Notes: a model not told the origin generated them from the letters alone. A DNA stretch of 62,891 nucleotides, filler included, from Octopus bimaculoides (GCF_001194135.2; 5 parts of 5 records of this genome joined end to end with filler, not necessarily neighbours in it); one strand, 5' to 3'; counted from the first letter of the whole stretch, positions 33,954 to 46,269 are shown. A program made the numbers and translations.

Positions 33954-34384
33954 GAGAGAAACATCAAAGTAACACCGAAAGAGACATGGAAAAGAGCGCA
34001 ACCAATTAAGAGAGAGTGAGCTAAGAGAAGCAGTAAATATGTAGAAGGGAGGGAGAGTGTTATGAGAGGTAACATTGTATGCAATTCTGTCAATTACCAC
34101 TCCTCACACTACAGCTCTCAATAAGAGAAAGGGGTAGTAAACATGAGGAATAGTAGGAAAGTCATTTTATAGTGAGATAGAGGTAATTCGTTTAGTCGGA
34201 TTTTACCGGATTTTACCGGACCGGTTAATTTTCGTGAATGCCATATAGATGTTGACATTATCCCGGTACCTAAGGTTCCTCATGCCAAGATTGGTCGAAA
34301 TCGGTCCAGTGGTTGTGGAGGATTTGGTAATAAATTTTGACGCAGACACACACACAGACTTAAATAGCGCAATTGTAGTATAGA
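31142..34384 (-). mobile_element. Helitron deletion derivative with both termini intact (Rep N-terminal region only)
   Basis: 5' A|TCTATACTAC at 34384; 3' GACC..GGTC hairpin (31156-31170) and CTAG|T at 31142. Coding remnants: 23-aa STPR-like repeats, CPDCKAYLW...CCIKGK zinc motif, YHRIGSLLP...AQLYFVD, and Helitron_like_N RLMQQYAVDQYAKIEQNRL...ILLPSHTGSPRSY...VREFGKPDYFITMTTNP. Confidence 0.93.
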
Positions 34385-34779
34385 TACACGCACACATATG
34401 TATATATATGTGTGTGTGCGAACACATGCATATGCGTGTGTGTGAGTATATATATATATATATATATGTGCATACTCGCGTACATATGCATATTTGGGGG
34501 ACGTGGATTTGCGGGGCGCTGGCATGAGTGAGATGGTGTTTATGCACGTGGTGTGTGTGTGTGTGTCTGTCTGTCTGTCTGTTTATCTGTCTGTCTGTCT
34601 GTCTATCTGTCTGTGTGCGTGCGTATGCATATGTGTGTGTATGTGTGTATGTGTGTATGTATGTATGAGTGTGTATGCGTGCATGTTAGTAGCGGAAAAT
34701 ACCTCTAAGGGAAGGTAATTAGTGATTGTTATTATTAGAGGCAGGGGAAGTAATTATTCTTTTGGGGCACAGATGAATT

Positions 34780-36331
34780 GATAGTATTTATATTATGAAG
34801 TTATAAATTTGTGAATTAAAATAAGTATGAAATTGGTTATGCGTTCGTGAATTAAAATACTCGCAAAATCTAAACTTGGGTATATGTTTATATTCAGGCA
34901 TGGTTTGTACTTTTCAATAAATATATTTTCTTTAGTCGATGTTGTATAGAGATTGTTTCCTTGCGCTGATAAATGGGGAAAACAGTGAATTTGGCTGGAG
35001 ATTCCCCACACATCTCTGTATCTTTATGAAGCCTAGTTTTCCGTCTAAGAAACATCCTTTTTTTTTTGGCCTATATAGCTGTGTCCACAACCTGAGCAAG
35101 TTATCACATAAATTAAATTTTCGGATACAAGTAAAATCAGTGTTAACTATGAATCTCTGTCCTTGTTTGAACGGAATTGCGAACTTTCCAGTAGGTTGGG
35201 GTATGTTTCATAGTTTCGACACCCACTTTTTTCAAACTCTTGGTTCCGTTGTTGTTGGGTATAATTTCGCATTCATCAGTATTGTTTTTAAGGATTTAGT
35301 TTGATTTTCACTTTTGATGAATTTGTGTTTGTAGAACGTGGTTCATCTTTGAGTCCCTAATGAGCACAGGTAAAATATCAATCATTGTGTTGTACGCCTC
35401 ATCGATTGTAGGGTTGTGTGTCGATATATGGGGTAGTATTTGTTGATGGAGTGTGTAATTTCGCTGTGTTGCCATTAGTATTTTGATATATATCTTCTTC
35501 GCACATTTAATCCCACCAGCTATTGTATGAGGGTGGACAGTGTCTCTTGACTAATGTGGTTTTAAGGCCATGAAGCCGAAGGTCCCAAGTATTTGCATCA
35601 GACACTATTATGCAAGGGAATATTTATTTTAACTAGCGGGACCCATGAATATTTCACGGAATTAATGGTAAATCTATTGAGCTATTTCTGAAAACTTCAT
35701 CCAAAAGACCTAAAAGCGTAGCCTGTGTTGTATCTGTATCAAAAGATAGTCGCTCGTCTGTTACTCATTGAAAAGTGAAAGATTTGGGAATACGATGATT
35801 ATTTCATGTACTTTATATATACACTTTATATACTTTATGCACAATTTTATATATTTAATATACAACGCTCATAAAATAAATACTCACTCTTATTTTTCCA
35901 TTTTTCTCATAAACAAAATAAATATCCGTACATATGATACATTTAGTTAAATTGCATATATCTACCACGTAAATAAGCGTGAATAGTTCACATAATTGAA
36001 CTTATGCGCATGTGTTAAGTGACATGTGATATAAAAGAAACTTCGTTCAATTTAAAAAATACACTTTTCACTATTCAATCACCATCTCCACCACCATCAT
36101 CATCATCTTCCTCACCCCTCTCTCTCCCTCCCTTCTCTCTCTCTCTCTCTCTCAATCTCTCTCTCTCTCTTTCTTTCTTTAATCTCCCCATCAGAACATC
36201 ACCCCTCTGATAAAATTCTATTTTAAAATCTCCTCTATATCATCACTACATTCAACTAACTTTTTCAACCACGTAATAAATATTACGTTCTCCATACCTC
36301 ACGTCATGGGTGCTATTCTGTCCCTCCTTCC

Positions 36332-36377
<46 letters not shown>

Positions 36378-37290
36378 ATTTGTCTTTTTCTCTCTCACTC
36401 TTTTTCTTTCTCCCTCTCCTTTTTTCTTTTTCTTCACATTCCGCTCAACTAATCGCGTGAAAACGTTACAATTACATTCCCTCTACCTCATGTCATGGAC
36501 GCTTCTCTCTCCCGTTTTTCTCTCTCCTTCTTTTCGTTCTCCCTCTTTTTCTCTAATCCCGTGAAATCGTTACAGACGGGTTAAGTAACAGAATGACAAG
36601 CAGAATTAGTTGTGTTTTTGGTGGCATGAGTTAAACAGAAGGTTTTGCTTCGAGTCTGTGAGTTTATAGCAGATATCGGATCCAACTTGATTGTTGACTT
36701 TTTTTATCAAAATATCAAGGAATGTGAATTGCAGTTTGCTGTACTCCATTGTAAATTGGATATTTGGATTCCTATTGTTGAGCAGTGATTTAAATTCAAA
36801 AAGTTTACCAATATTCTCATTCCAAATGATAGAACAGATATCTTTTCCAGGTAAAAGGGATATCCATATTTTTGTAGTGATGCTTGATATATAGTAAACA
36901 TCCCATTATTAGTTTAGCAAGTACTGGGACTGCTTTTGTTCCCATCGCAATTCCACATTTTTCTCAGTAGTAAGTGGTATCAAATAAGAAATAATTATTC
37001 TGGAGGATAAAATTTAACGCGTCCATAATAAACTCAAGGTTCACACGCACTGAAATTTATTTCAAATAGTTTGAGACTACTTTCCCAAAGCTATGCAGCA
37101 GTGTGTTTAGTAAGGCCGACATACGGTTCTTGATCAAGTGTTTTATATTTCTGATCGTTACTTCATACTCTTTGATTAAGTAATTCAATTTCTGTTTTCA
37201 TCTTCACTAGCACTACTTTCTCCCTTAGTTCTCTTTGCTGTTCGGGCCCCTCGGCAATTGGTCTCATTCGTAGTTTGCGAGAAATAATTA
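34780..37290 (-). mobile_element. Second-clade Penelope-like element, degenerate, interrupted by a Helitron-like insert
   Basis: RT/thumb WKRYL..IIWNENIGKLFEFKSLLNNRNPNIQFTMEYSKLQFTFLDILI..SDICYKLTDSKQNLLFNSCH (36600-36870); EN SENLIYVITCSGCGHSYIGQ (35066-35125). Confidence 0.85.
35633..36590 (-). mobile_element. Non-autonomous Helitron-like element with an internal (CT)n tract
   Basis: The minus strand ends CCGTGAAATATTCATGG hairpin + gtcccg + CTAG|T at 35633. The 5' end is not defined. Confidence 0.55.
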
Positions 37291-37780
37291 ACGGTGTTTA
37301 TATACATATATATATATATATATATAACAAAATATTATAAATTAACTACCAACAAAAATAATTGGTAAGCTAACTTAAAAAATCATCACCAAAATAGCAG
37401 AAAAAAACGACAGTGAAGATATGCAGACTCTTCAAGAATCGATCCTTTTGGTTATATTAATAATAATAATAAAGGAGTTTGCTCTTGTATCAAGAGCATA
37501 TATATATTAATAATAATAAAGGAGTTACGACGCAAAAACGTATAAATTCAAAAGAACATATTTATCTTCTTCAATATATATTTCAGTATAAAGAATTCAT
37601 TAAGATGCTTAAATCAAAATTTCTTTACACATCATTCAGGAACAGATATAACATTAGAAAAAATACATTCCGTTTAAAAANNNNNNNNNNNNNNNNNNNN
37701 NNNNNNNNNNNNNNNNNNNNNNNNTTAATTAATTAANNNNNNNNNNNNNNNNNNNNNNNNNNNNNNNNNNNNNNNNNNNN

Positions 37781-37815
<35 letters not shown>

Positions 37816-38291
37816 TGAACACACACATATAGACACGTGTGTGTGTGTGTGTGTGCTTGTGTGTGTACCTACGCGCGTGCGTCTCTGTGTGCATCATAAC
37901 TGTACGCCTGTTACCATTGGTCGTTATGAGTCATGTGCCGTTGCCATTTTACTCCGTTGTGTGTAAGGGCGTTTCTGCACATGCGCCCATGTTACCTGGC
38001 CATCATTTTGCTGAAAATTTCCTCTTCCTCATGCGCTCTTTGTCTGTTTGTTTGTTTGTTTGTGTGATGTGGGGATTTGAACTAATTAAACCAACTGCTG
38101 CAATCTCCAGCTCGATCTTATCTTGATTTTGAAGGGAATTCTTACGTTGATGACGTAGCGAGCCAAGTCGCTTGCCTTTATAGCTAATTAGTTAAGATGG
38201 TTGGAGCTGCGCAGAATATTTAGCATGCCTCTACGCCGCCTGGTGGATTCCCGGCTGGAAAGTGAGCAAATTATACAAATATGCGCTTGTA

Positions 38292-38329
<38 letters not shown>

Positions 38330-38689
38330 AACACACACGCACACACACGCACACACAAACGCGCACACACATACGTACGCACACGCACACGCATACGCAC
38401 AAACGCATTCGCACACACGCACTCGTACGCATACACACACGCACGCACTCGCACGCACACAGAGTCAGACACACACGCAGAGATACACACACCGACACTC
38501 ACACTCACACATATGCACACATATGCACACATACACACATGCAAACAGACACACGCACACGCACACACACACGCACACACACACACAGAAACACACCTAC
38601 ACACACACACACACGCACACACACATATATATACACATGCGTACTTAGATAAGTATAGATATATATGTATGTTTACAACCACACATGCA

Positions 38690-38900
38690 CTCACATTCTT
38701 TTATTCTTTTACTTGTTACAGTCATTTGGCTGCGGCCATGCTGGAGCACCGCCTTTAGTCGAACAAATCGACCCCAGGACCTATTCTTTGTAAGCCTACT
38801 TATTCTATCGGTCCCTTTTGCCGAACCGCTAGGATACGGGGACGTAAACACACCAACATCGGTTGTCAAGCGATGGTGGGGGGACAAACACCGACACACA
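38690..38900. mobile_element. 3' half of the tRNA-derived octopus-type SINE, inverse to the 43311 copy
   Basis: GCGGCCATGCTGGAGCACCGCC...GTCGAACAAATCGACCCCAGGAC...GAACCGCTAGGATACGGGGACGTAAACACACCAACATC is shared with copies at 5155-5370, 9486-9590, 43500-43700 and 48220-48400. Confidence 0.75.
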
Positions 38901-38935
38901 AACATATAGACAGACAGACAGACAGACAGATAGAC

Positions 38936-39000
<65 letters not shown>

Positions 39001-39070
39001 TGCATATATACAGACATATAAGTATATAACTATATGCAAGAAATCACGAGAAACAAGTTTATATAATTTG

Positions 39071-39133
39071 TTCCTACGTTCGTTTCACCATTGTGTTTGT
39101 TTGTGGTTAGCTACAGCGGATCGTCAGGGTAAG
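39071..39133 (-). ncRNA. Hammerhead-like motif with a 13-nt insertion after the CUGACGA core
   Basis: CTTaCC-CTGACGA-tccgctgtagcta-ACCA-caaacaaacacaa-TGGT-GAAAC-gaac-GTA-GGAA. Confidence 0.5.
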
Positions 39134-39799
39134 TCTCTCTCGCATTATTTTTGCAGAGAACTAAAGTTTAGCATTCCGTTGTAAAAGGAACATCCGATTC
39201 GGAGTTCTAAACAACCACAATGGTGAGACGTATGAAGGAACAAGTGAGATAAACTTTTCTGTATCAGAATATCTCCTATATTTGCACAGTATATCGTAAC
39301 CATTAATTCTACTTAGTCAAGTAGTAGCCAAACCATCATACAAGAAGCAAGGCTGGACGACGATAATCTACGCGGAGCTCTAAACTCAAAACAAATCGGA
39401 CATGTAATTGTACACACAAACACATACACACACAAACACATACACACGTATATATGTATCTATGTTGATATGTATGTACTTGTGTATGTATGCATGTATG
39501 TTAGTGTGTGTGTATGTGTATACATGCATGAATGCATGCATATATGTATGTATACATTTAATTGTATACACACAGACACACATACGTATGCATGTATGTA
39601 TGTATGTCATTGTTCAGTTTATTTCGAGATTTCTTGCCAGTAGAGATTCCTTCATTGGAATTTCAACATCAACAACAGGGTATGTATGTATGTATGTATG
39701 TATGTATGTATGTATGTATGTATGTAGATATTTATGTTTTGGTTTATGTATATATTCTCATGCATATAGCTGCATATCTAGGCATTCTCATATATACTT

Positions 39800-39995
39800 A
39801 AATGATAAACTTCTGGAAAGTTTTACAGATTATTACAGTTCCAGTGATGGATTGAACCTGTAGTCTTGGAATCAACTTTCTCCATTCTGGTTTTGAGAAG
39901 CCTAATTTCTCAAGATTGGTATTTACTTCTGCAGCTTCCCTCTCCGGTCTTTCACACACTTTCCATCCAGAAAATTTCCGTTCCCAATGCCTCTG
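39800..39995 (-). mobile_element. C-terminal fragment of an R4/RTE-type LINE ORF
   Basis: NLEKLGFSKPEWRKLIPRLQVQSITGTVIICKTFQKF resembles the conserved LQ...GT..I...F/L terminus of these elements. Confidence 0.55.
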
Positions 39996-40865
39996 TCGAC
40001 CCATACATACATATAAATATTTATGTATGCATGCATGTATGTATGTATGTATGTATGTATGAGTGTATGTGTGTATGTGTGCATGTATGTATATATTTAT
40101 GTGTGTATGTGCGTGTGGGTATGTATATATGTATGTNNNNNNNNNNNNNNNNNNNNNNNNNNNNNNNNNNNNNNNNNNNNNNNNNNNNNNNNNNNNNNNN
40201 NNNNNNNNNNNNNNNNNNNNNNNNNNNNNNNNNNNNNNNNNNNNNNNNNNNNNNNNNNNNNNNNNNNNNNNNNNNNNNNNNNNNNNNNNNNNNNNNNNNN
40301 NNNNNNNNNNNNNNNNNNNNNNNNNNNNNNNNNNNNNNNNNNNNNNNNNNNNNNNNNNNNNNNNNNNNNNNNNNNNNNNNNNNNNNNNNNNNNNNNNNNN
40401 NNNNNNNNNNNNNNNGTGTATGTGCAAGTGTGTGCGTGTGTAGGTGTGCGTGTGTGCAGGTGTGTGCGTGTGTGTGCAGGTATGTGTGTTTGAGTATATG
40501 TGCAGGTGTGCGTGTGTGCCGGTGTGTGTGCGTGGGAGTGCAGGTCTGTGTGTGAGTGCAGCTGTGTGAGTGCAGCTGTGTGCGTGTTTATGCAGGTGTT
40601 TGTATGTGTGTGTGTGTGTTTACGAACTCAGGCATGGCCGATTGCGTATTTCGTTTTTACGATGACGAGTTCTGCTGCTGCAATTCCATTGCGTGGCGTC
40701 TTACAAAATCTGTCTCATTTAGCATCGCCTCGGGTCGACAGAAACCTTAGGAGTAGACATTTTCATGATAGAAAAAGTGTGAAAGGCCTAAGCAGGTGGG
40801 GGTTACACGAGGAATTCAACAGCCCATCTTTGCCATATATTGCTGCACGGCAATTAGGCTTGAGT

Positions 40866-41100
40866 GGAGGCGCATCGCTTAGTGGTTAGGGTGTTGCATT
40901 TGTTATCCTAAGACTGTGATTTCAATTCCTGGGCCGGGCGATACTTTGTACTCTTGAACAAAACACTTCATTTCACGTTTCCTTCAGTCCACTCAGCTGG
41001 CAGAAATGAGTTATCATACAATGCACTAGCGTCCTATCCAGGTGGGGAATATAAAGGTTATAAAATCCGTGAAACCTGCCTTATGAGTCTAAATAACTTG
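40866..41100 (+). mobile_element. tRNA-derived SINE, second family (another copy at 44713-44945)
   Basis: A-box-like CGCTTAGTGGTTAGG and B-box-like GTTTCGATTCC/ATTTCAATTCC; the body CAAAACACTTCAT...CACTCAGCTGGCA is shared between the two copies. Confidence 0.65.
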
Positions 41101-41394
41101 GGAACGAACATTATCTTTTTTATCAATTTAGACTTGAGAATAGCATTAACGGTTTTATATATCTGTGGAATATTCAGTGGCAGAAAGGGGTTTCATTTCT
41201 TAAAAAGTTTCCACTCCAGTCGCACGGTAATACTGCTACAGCCCAGGGCCGATCAAGGGGGAATTATAGTCGATGCTATCGACTCAGTAAGGAATTACGT
41301 CTTATCGGTCCCGGAGGAATTAAATGGTAAACCAATCTAAGTGAACTTAGAACGCAAACACACACACAACATATAAATACACGTAATCCGTATA

Positions 41395-41608
41395 TAGTAA
41401 TCCCTCGACTAACGCGGATGCTTTGTGCCAAAACACACCGCGATATGTGAAAATCCGCGAAGCGGAAGTAGTATTGTACTGTACATATTTTTTATTTTTA
41501 TAATTTGTATATGTCTATTTTATTATAAATGCAAAACAACACCAGAGAGGAATGGACGTAAGCTTAAATAAAAAAAAAACGCAATACGTGAACCGCGAGA
41601 GATTACTG
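41395..41608. mobile_element. Tigger/pogo-type MITE
   Basis: TIR (C>T)AGTAATCCCTCG / CGAGAGATTACTG flanked by TA; same TIR family as 60457-60902. Confidence 0.75.
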
Positions 41609-43024
41609 TATATATATANNNNNNNNNNNNNNNNNNNNNNNNNNNNNNNNNNNNNNNNNNNNNNNNNNNNNNNNNNNNNNNNNNNNNNNNNNNNNNNNNN
41701 NNNNNNNNNNNNNNNNNNNNNNNNNNNNNNNNNNNNNNNNNNNNNNNNNNNNNNNNNNNNNNNNNNNNNNNNNNNNNNNNNNNNNNNNNNNNNNNNNNNN
41801 NNNNNNNNNNNNNNNNNNNNNNNNNNNNNNNNNNNNNNNNNNNNNNNNNNNNNNNNNNNNNNNNNNNNNNNNNNNNNNNNNNNNNNNNNNNNNNNNNNNN
41901 NNNNNNNNNNNNNNNNNNNNNNNNNNNNNNNNNNNNNNNNNNNNNNNNNNNNNNNNNNNNNNNNNNNNNNNNNNNNNNNNNNNNNNNNNNNNNNNNNNNN
42001 NNNNNNNNNNNNNNNNNNNNNNNNNNNNNNNNNNNNNNNNNNNNNNNNNNNNNNNNNNNNNNNNNNNNNNNNNNNNNNNNNNNNNNNNNNNNNNNNNNNN
42101 NNNNNNNNNNNNNNNNNNNNNNNNNNNNNNNNNNNNNNNNNNNNNNNNNNNNNNNNNNNNNNNNNNNNNNNNNNNNNNNNNNNNNNNNNNNNNNNNNNNN
42201 NNNNNNNNNNNNNNNNNNNNNNNNNNNNNNNNNNNNNNNNNNNNNNNNNNNNNNNNNNNNNNNNNNNNNNNNNNNNNNNNNNNNNNNNNNNNNNNNNNNN
42301 NNNNNNNNNNNNNNNNNNNNNNNNNNNNNNNNNNNNNNNNNNNNNNNNNNNNNNNNNNNNNNNNNNNNNNNNNNNNNNNNNNNNNNNNNNNNNNNNNNNN
42401 NNNNNNNNNNNNNNNNNNNNNNNNNNNNNNNNNNNNNNNNNNNNNNNNNNNNNNNNNNNNNNNNNNNNNNNNNNNNNNNNNNNNNNNNNNNNNNNNNNNN
42501 NNNNNNNNNNNNNNNNNNNNNNNNNNNNNNNNNNNNNNNNNNNNNNNNNNNNNNNATATATATATATATATATATAGCCAGCCTGCCATCTATGAAATTA
42601 TCTACCTATCCTCCATAATTCTCTCGATCTACTTATTTATATTATACTAATTGCTCGTTCATTTTCTCGCCTGTATCTGTCCTAAATCTGGTTCACACAC
42701 AAGGAATCCAGATGCTGAAATTCTTTCAAGAGAAACATCCCATCATACTCTAAGAGCCACACCCATAGGCATCTACCATAGCTCATAGTGGAACCAAAAT
42801 AACCAAATATTTTACATTCTCACGCAAAATGAGCGACATTTTCAATTAACGAAAAATCCACAACACATCCTATATTGAGACCAATTCCACAGACGCAATA
42901 ATTCTATTCTCTCGTAAATAAGGTGGGTTATAGATCGTAACACGTTACTCTAAATATAAGCCTTCTTATTTTGTAGATCGAAATGGTTTCGCGCCTCATC
43001 GCGAATTTCGTATCATCTGCTCAA

Positions 43025-43242
43025 TATTTATTTCTTTATTGTCCACAAGGGGTTAAACATAGAGGGGACAAACAGGGACAGACAACGAGATTAAGTCGAC
43101 TACATCGACCCCAGTGCTTAATCCCGAAAGGATGAAAGGCAAAGTCGACCTCGGCGGAATTTGAACTCAGAACGTAACTGCAGACGAAATACCGCTAAGC
43201 ATTTCATCCGGTGTGCTAACGTTTCTGCCAGCTCGCCGCCTT
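43025..43242 (+). mobile_element. Abundant octopus short interspersed repeat (bipartite type)
   Basis: ...ACATCGACCCCAG...GAAAGGATGAAAGGCAAAGTCGACCTCGGCGGAATTTGAACTCAGAACG...CTGCCAGCTCGCCGCC recurs at 17520-17640 and 48780-49220 (tandem), with partial copies at 1730-1810 and 41200-41350. Confidence 0.75.
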
Positions 43243-43310
43243 ATCTGCTCAATATTTCATGTTTATGTTTAAAGTGGATTTTTCGCAAAGGTATTAACCT
43301 AAAACAGACA

Positions 43311-43707
43311 GGCGCAGGAGTGGCTGTATGGTAAGTAGCTTGCTTACCAACCATATGGTTCCGGGTTCAGACCCACAGCGTGGAACCTAGAGCAAGTGTT
43401 TTCTACTATAGCCTCGGGCCTTGTGAGTGGATTTGGTAGACGGAAACTGAAAGAAGCCTGTCGTATAAGTGTGTGTGTGTTTATGCGTTTGTATTTGTCC
43501 CCCACATCACCATCGCTTGACAACTGATGTTGGTGTGTTAATGTGTTTTTACGTCCCCGTAACTTAGCGGTTCTGCAAAAGAGACCAACAGAATAAGTAC
43601 TAGACATACAAAGAGCAAGTCCTGGGGTCGATTTGTTCGACTAAAACTGCGTTGCTCCAGCATGGCCGCAATCAAATGACTGAAACAAGTAAAAGAATAA
43701 AAGAATA
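43311..43707 (+). mobile_element. tRNA-derived SINE with a CORE-like segment (octopus OR-type)
   Basis: GGCGCAGGAGTGGCTGTATGGTAAG (A box), GGTTCAGACCC (B box), then (CCTTGG)GCAAGTGT. Near-full copy at 47959-48410; partial minus-strand copies at 9620-9755, 10360-10440, 44461-44603 and 53363-53432. Confidence 0.8.
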
Positions 43708-43717
43708 CATACACACA

Positions 43718-43817
<100 letters not shown>

Positions 43818-44286
43818 TGCATGCGTATGTGTGGGGTGTGTACATATGGCAGTTAACATCAATTTGGTCCTTCAATGAGAAAAGGCTTCTTAACTCCCTC
43901 CTAAAGAAATACACCTACTTTTGATGTTTTCTAAAAGACTTGATGCCATTCAAAGAATGTGACCATCATGTCATTTAGGATTGGTATAACTGCAGTGACA
44001 TTGACAGATTACCTGTGAAGATAGACATCGGCATGTTCCACAAAAGAATATATGCTAACGATTGTAAGTGTTCCAACAGTGTTTCTTAACCTTCAACTCG
44101 ATTATGCAGACACGCTTTGTTTGTTTCCCTTTTTTTGTTTCGGTTGCTTTGTTTTGTTTTGTTTTCGTTTTTTTCCTGTTCAGTTCTGTTTGTTTGTTTT
44201 TTGTCTTTTTTGTTTTTTGTACTGATTTACTTAATTTGTTTTCATGTTAGAAACGATTCTCTTGATGCATTTCTCAAACCATAAAT

Positions 44287-44288
<2 letters not shown>

Positions 44289-44339
<51 letters not shown>

Positions 44340-44409
44340 TAATAATGATAATAATAATGATGATGATGATGATGTTGATGATGATGATGATGTTGATGAT
44401 GATGATGAT

Positions 44410-44455
<46 letters not shown>

Positions 44456-44456
44456 T
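44289..44456. repeat. Compound (AAT)n/(GAT)n microsatellite, one example of many simple-repeat tracts
   Basis: Directly visible. Other large tracts: (ATAG)n at 5621-5686, 38920-39000, 52505-52590, 54060-54135 and 62390-62445; CA/TA-rich 26410-26760, 38290-38640 and 46070-46880; (GGT/GTT)n 49930-50232. Confidence 0.95.
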
Positions 44457-45583
44457 TCTTTTAGTTTCCGTCTGCCAAATCCACTCAGAAGGCTTTGGTC
44501 GGCCCGAGGCTACAGTAGAAGACACTTGCTCAAGATGTCACGCAGTGGGACTGAACCTGGAATCATGTGGTTGGTAAGCAAGCTACTTACCACACAGCCA
44601 CTCATATACAAATATATGCATATATGTATTGGAAGGTTTGGAGGTGTATATATACATACAGAGGTATGTATTATGTATGTAGTTTGAGAAGCACTGATAT
44701 ACACTAATGTGTGGAGACGCGTGGCTTAGCGGTTAGATTGTTGTCCTCATGATCATGAGATCGTAGTTTCGATTCCTGAACCGAACGATGTATTGGGCGA
44801 AACACTTCATTCTTGTTCCAGACCATTCAGCTGGCAAAGGAGAATGATCTTACGATGGACTGACGCCTCGTCCAACAGGGTGGGAATATTATATGCCATA
44901 GAAACCGGAAAACCGACCTTATGGGCCTGGCCCATGGCTCGAGACGGACAAGGTGTGTGTGTGTGTATGTGCGTGTGTGCGAGTGTGTGTGTGTATGTGC
45001 GTGTGTGCGAGTGTGTGTGTGATGTGGGGGGGTTGACGAAGGTGACCGCCCCACGTTCCGAAAAATCAGTAATCCGAAAAGGTTCCGGAAAATTGATGTT
45101 GTATCTGTATTTAGTCACGATTTTCCACCGAAATACAACAGAGATTGTGCCTTACTCAACAACGATTGTATCAACAACCATAGACCACTCTGGCCTCAGC
45201 TGGACATCGCAATTATCGTCTTTTACCAGGAATTCATCGATTATTCACTATTTCTTTTCTTTTATTTTTTTGCTTTGTCTTGTTTCTTTTTTTTTTACTC
45301 ATTAATTTATTTCAGTAAACAACGACGGACCAAGTAAACACCGCCCTTCCTCGTAATGTATCTAAAGTCCAGTTCTCCACGACCAGTTTAATCTTTCATT
45401 GTTCACCTCAACATCGCCACCCCCCACCACCACCTCTACCCGTCTTCACACGCTACTACATGTCACCACCACCTAAACTCCCACCACCACCACCACCACC
45501 ACCACCAACAATAATCTCATCGGCTTGACCATTCACCCCCGCCGTCTACTCTACCGATCAACTGTGCGGTTGGTTGGCCGGCT

Positions 45584-45616
45584 TATATAAATAGCCACTG
45601 ACCGCTAACACAGTCT
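45584..45616 (+). promoter_or_regulatory. Candidate TATA + Inr core promoter
   Basis: TATATAAATAG at 45584-45594 and Inr-like ACAGTC with A at 45612, 28 nt downstream, in a non-repetitive island. Motif match only. Confidence 0.35.
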
Positions 45617-46177
45617 ATTAGCCGTGTTACTACTACTACTACTACTACTACTACGATTACTATTATACCACTGCTACCAGCTCCTCCACCATTACCACCC
45701 ACACCGTTCCTTTATAATGGCGTTGCGGACGATGACCGGGCATTGGGATAAAATGAGAGCAACGTGGAAAAAGGCATATCATTTGACAGCTCCGCTGACC
45801 ACCATCGATTTGTTTCAGATGGTCAAGCCACTGGACAGTGTTAAAACCTCCACGCCCCAACGCCACTCCGTCGCCGCTAGACAAGCACGCACAAGCAGAG
45901 ACACACAGACACACAGACACACAGTTCATGAATGCGTACGCATACACATGTACAGGCACTTGACCACGGAAGCACGGACAGAATGGGATAAGAGGGGCGA
46001 TAAAGAAGAGATAAACATTATTACTACACAAACGAGCAATTTGTTGGTCGTATTTACACATTAGCGGACACACACTCACTCACACACACATACGCACACA
46101 CACACACACACACACACGCAGTAACCAGTGGACACGCACAGTGATTGACTGATATAAATATACAGGCAAACAAACAG

Positions 46178-46219
<42 letters not shown>

Positions 46220-46229
46220 NNNNNNNNNN

Positions 46230-46269
<40 letters not shown>

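Noticed and set aside
39117-39128. Apparent 12-nt microexon on the + strand (ctacag|CGGATCGTCAGG|gtaagt)
   Set aside because: No + strand host gene is evident, and the sequence is better explained as the antisense of the hammerhead-like core at 39071-39133.
43311-43385. tRNA-like A/B boxes at SINE heads (also 40866, 44713, 47959)
   Set aside because: No complete cloverleaf or acceptor stem, and they continue into SINE bodies, so they are not tRNA genes.
43915-44025. Minus-strand segment bounded by cacag and gtaggt
   Set aside because: Stops in all three frames; no support as a P450 or other coding exon.
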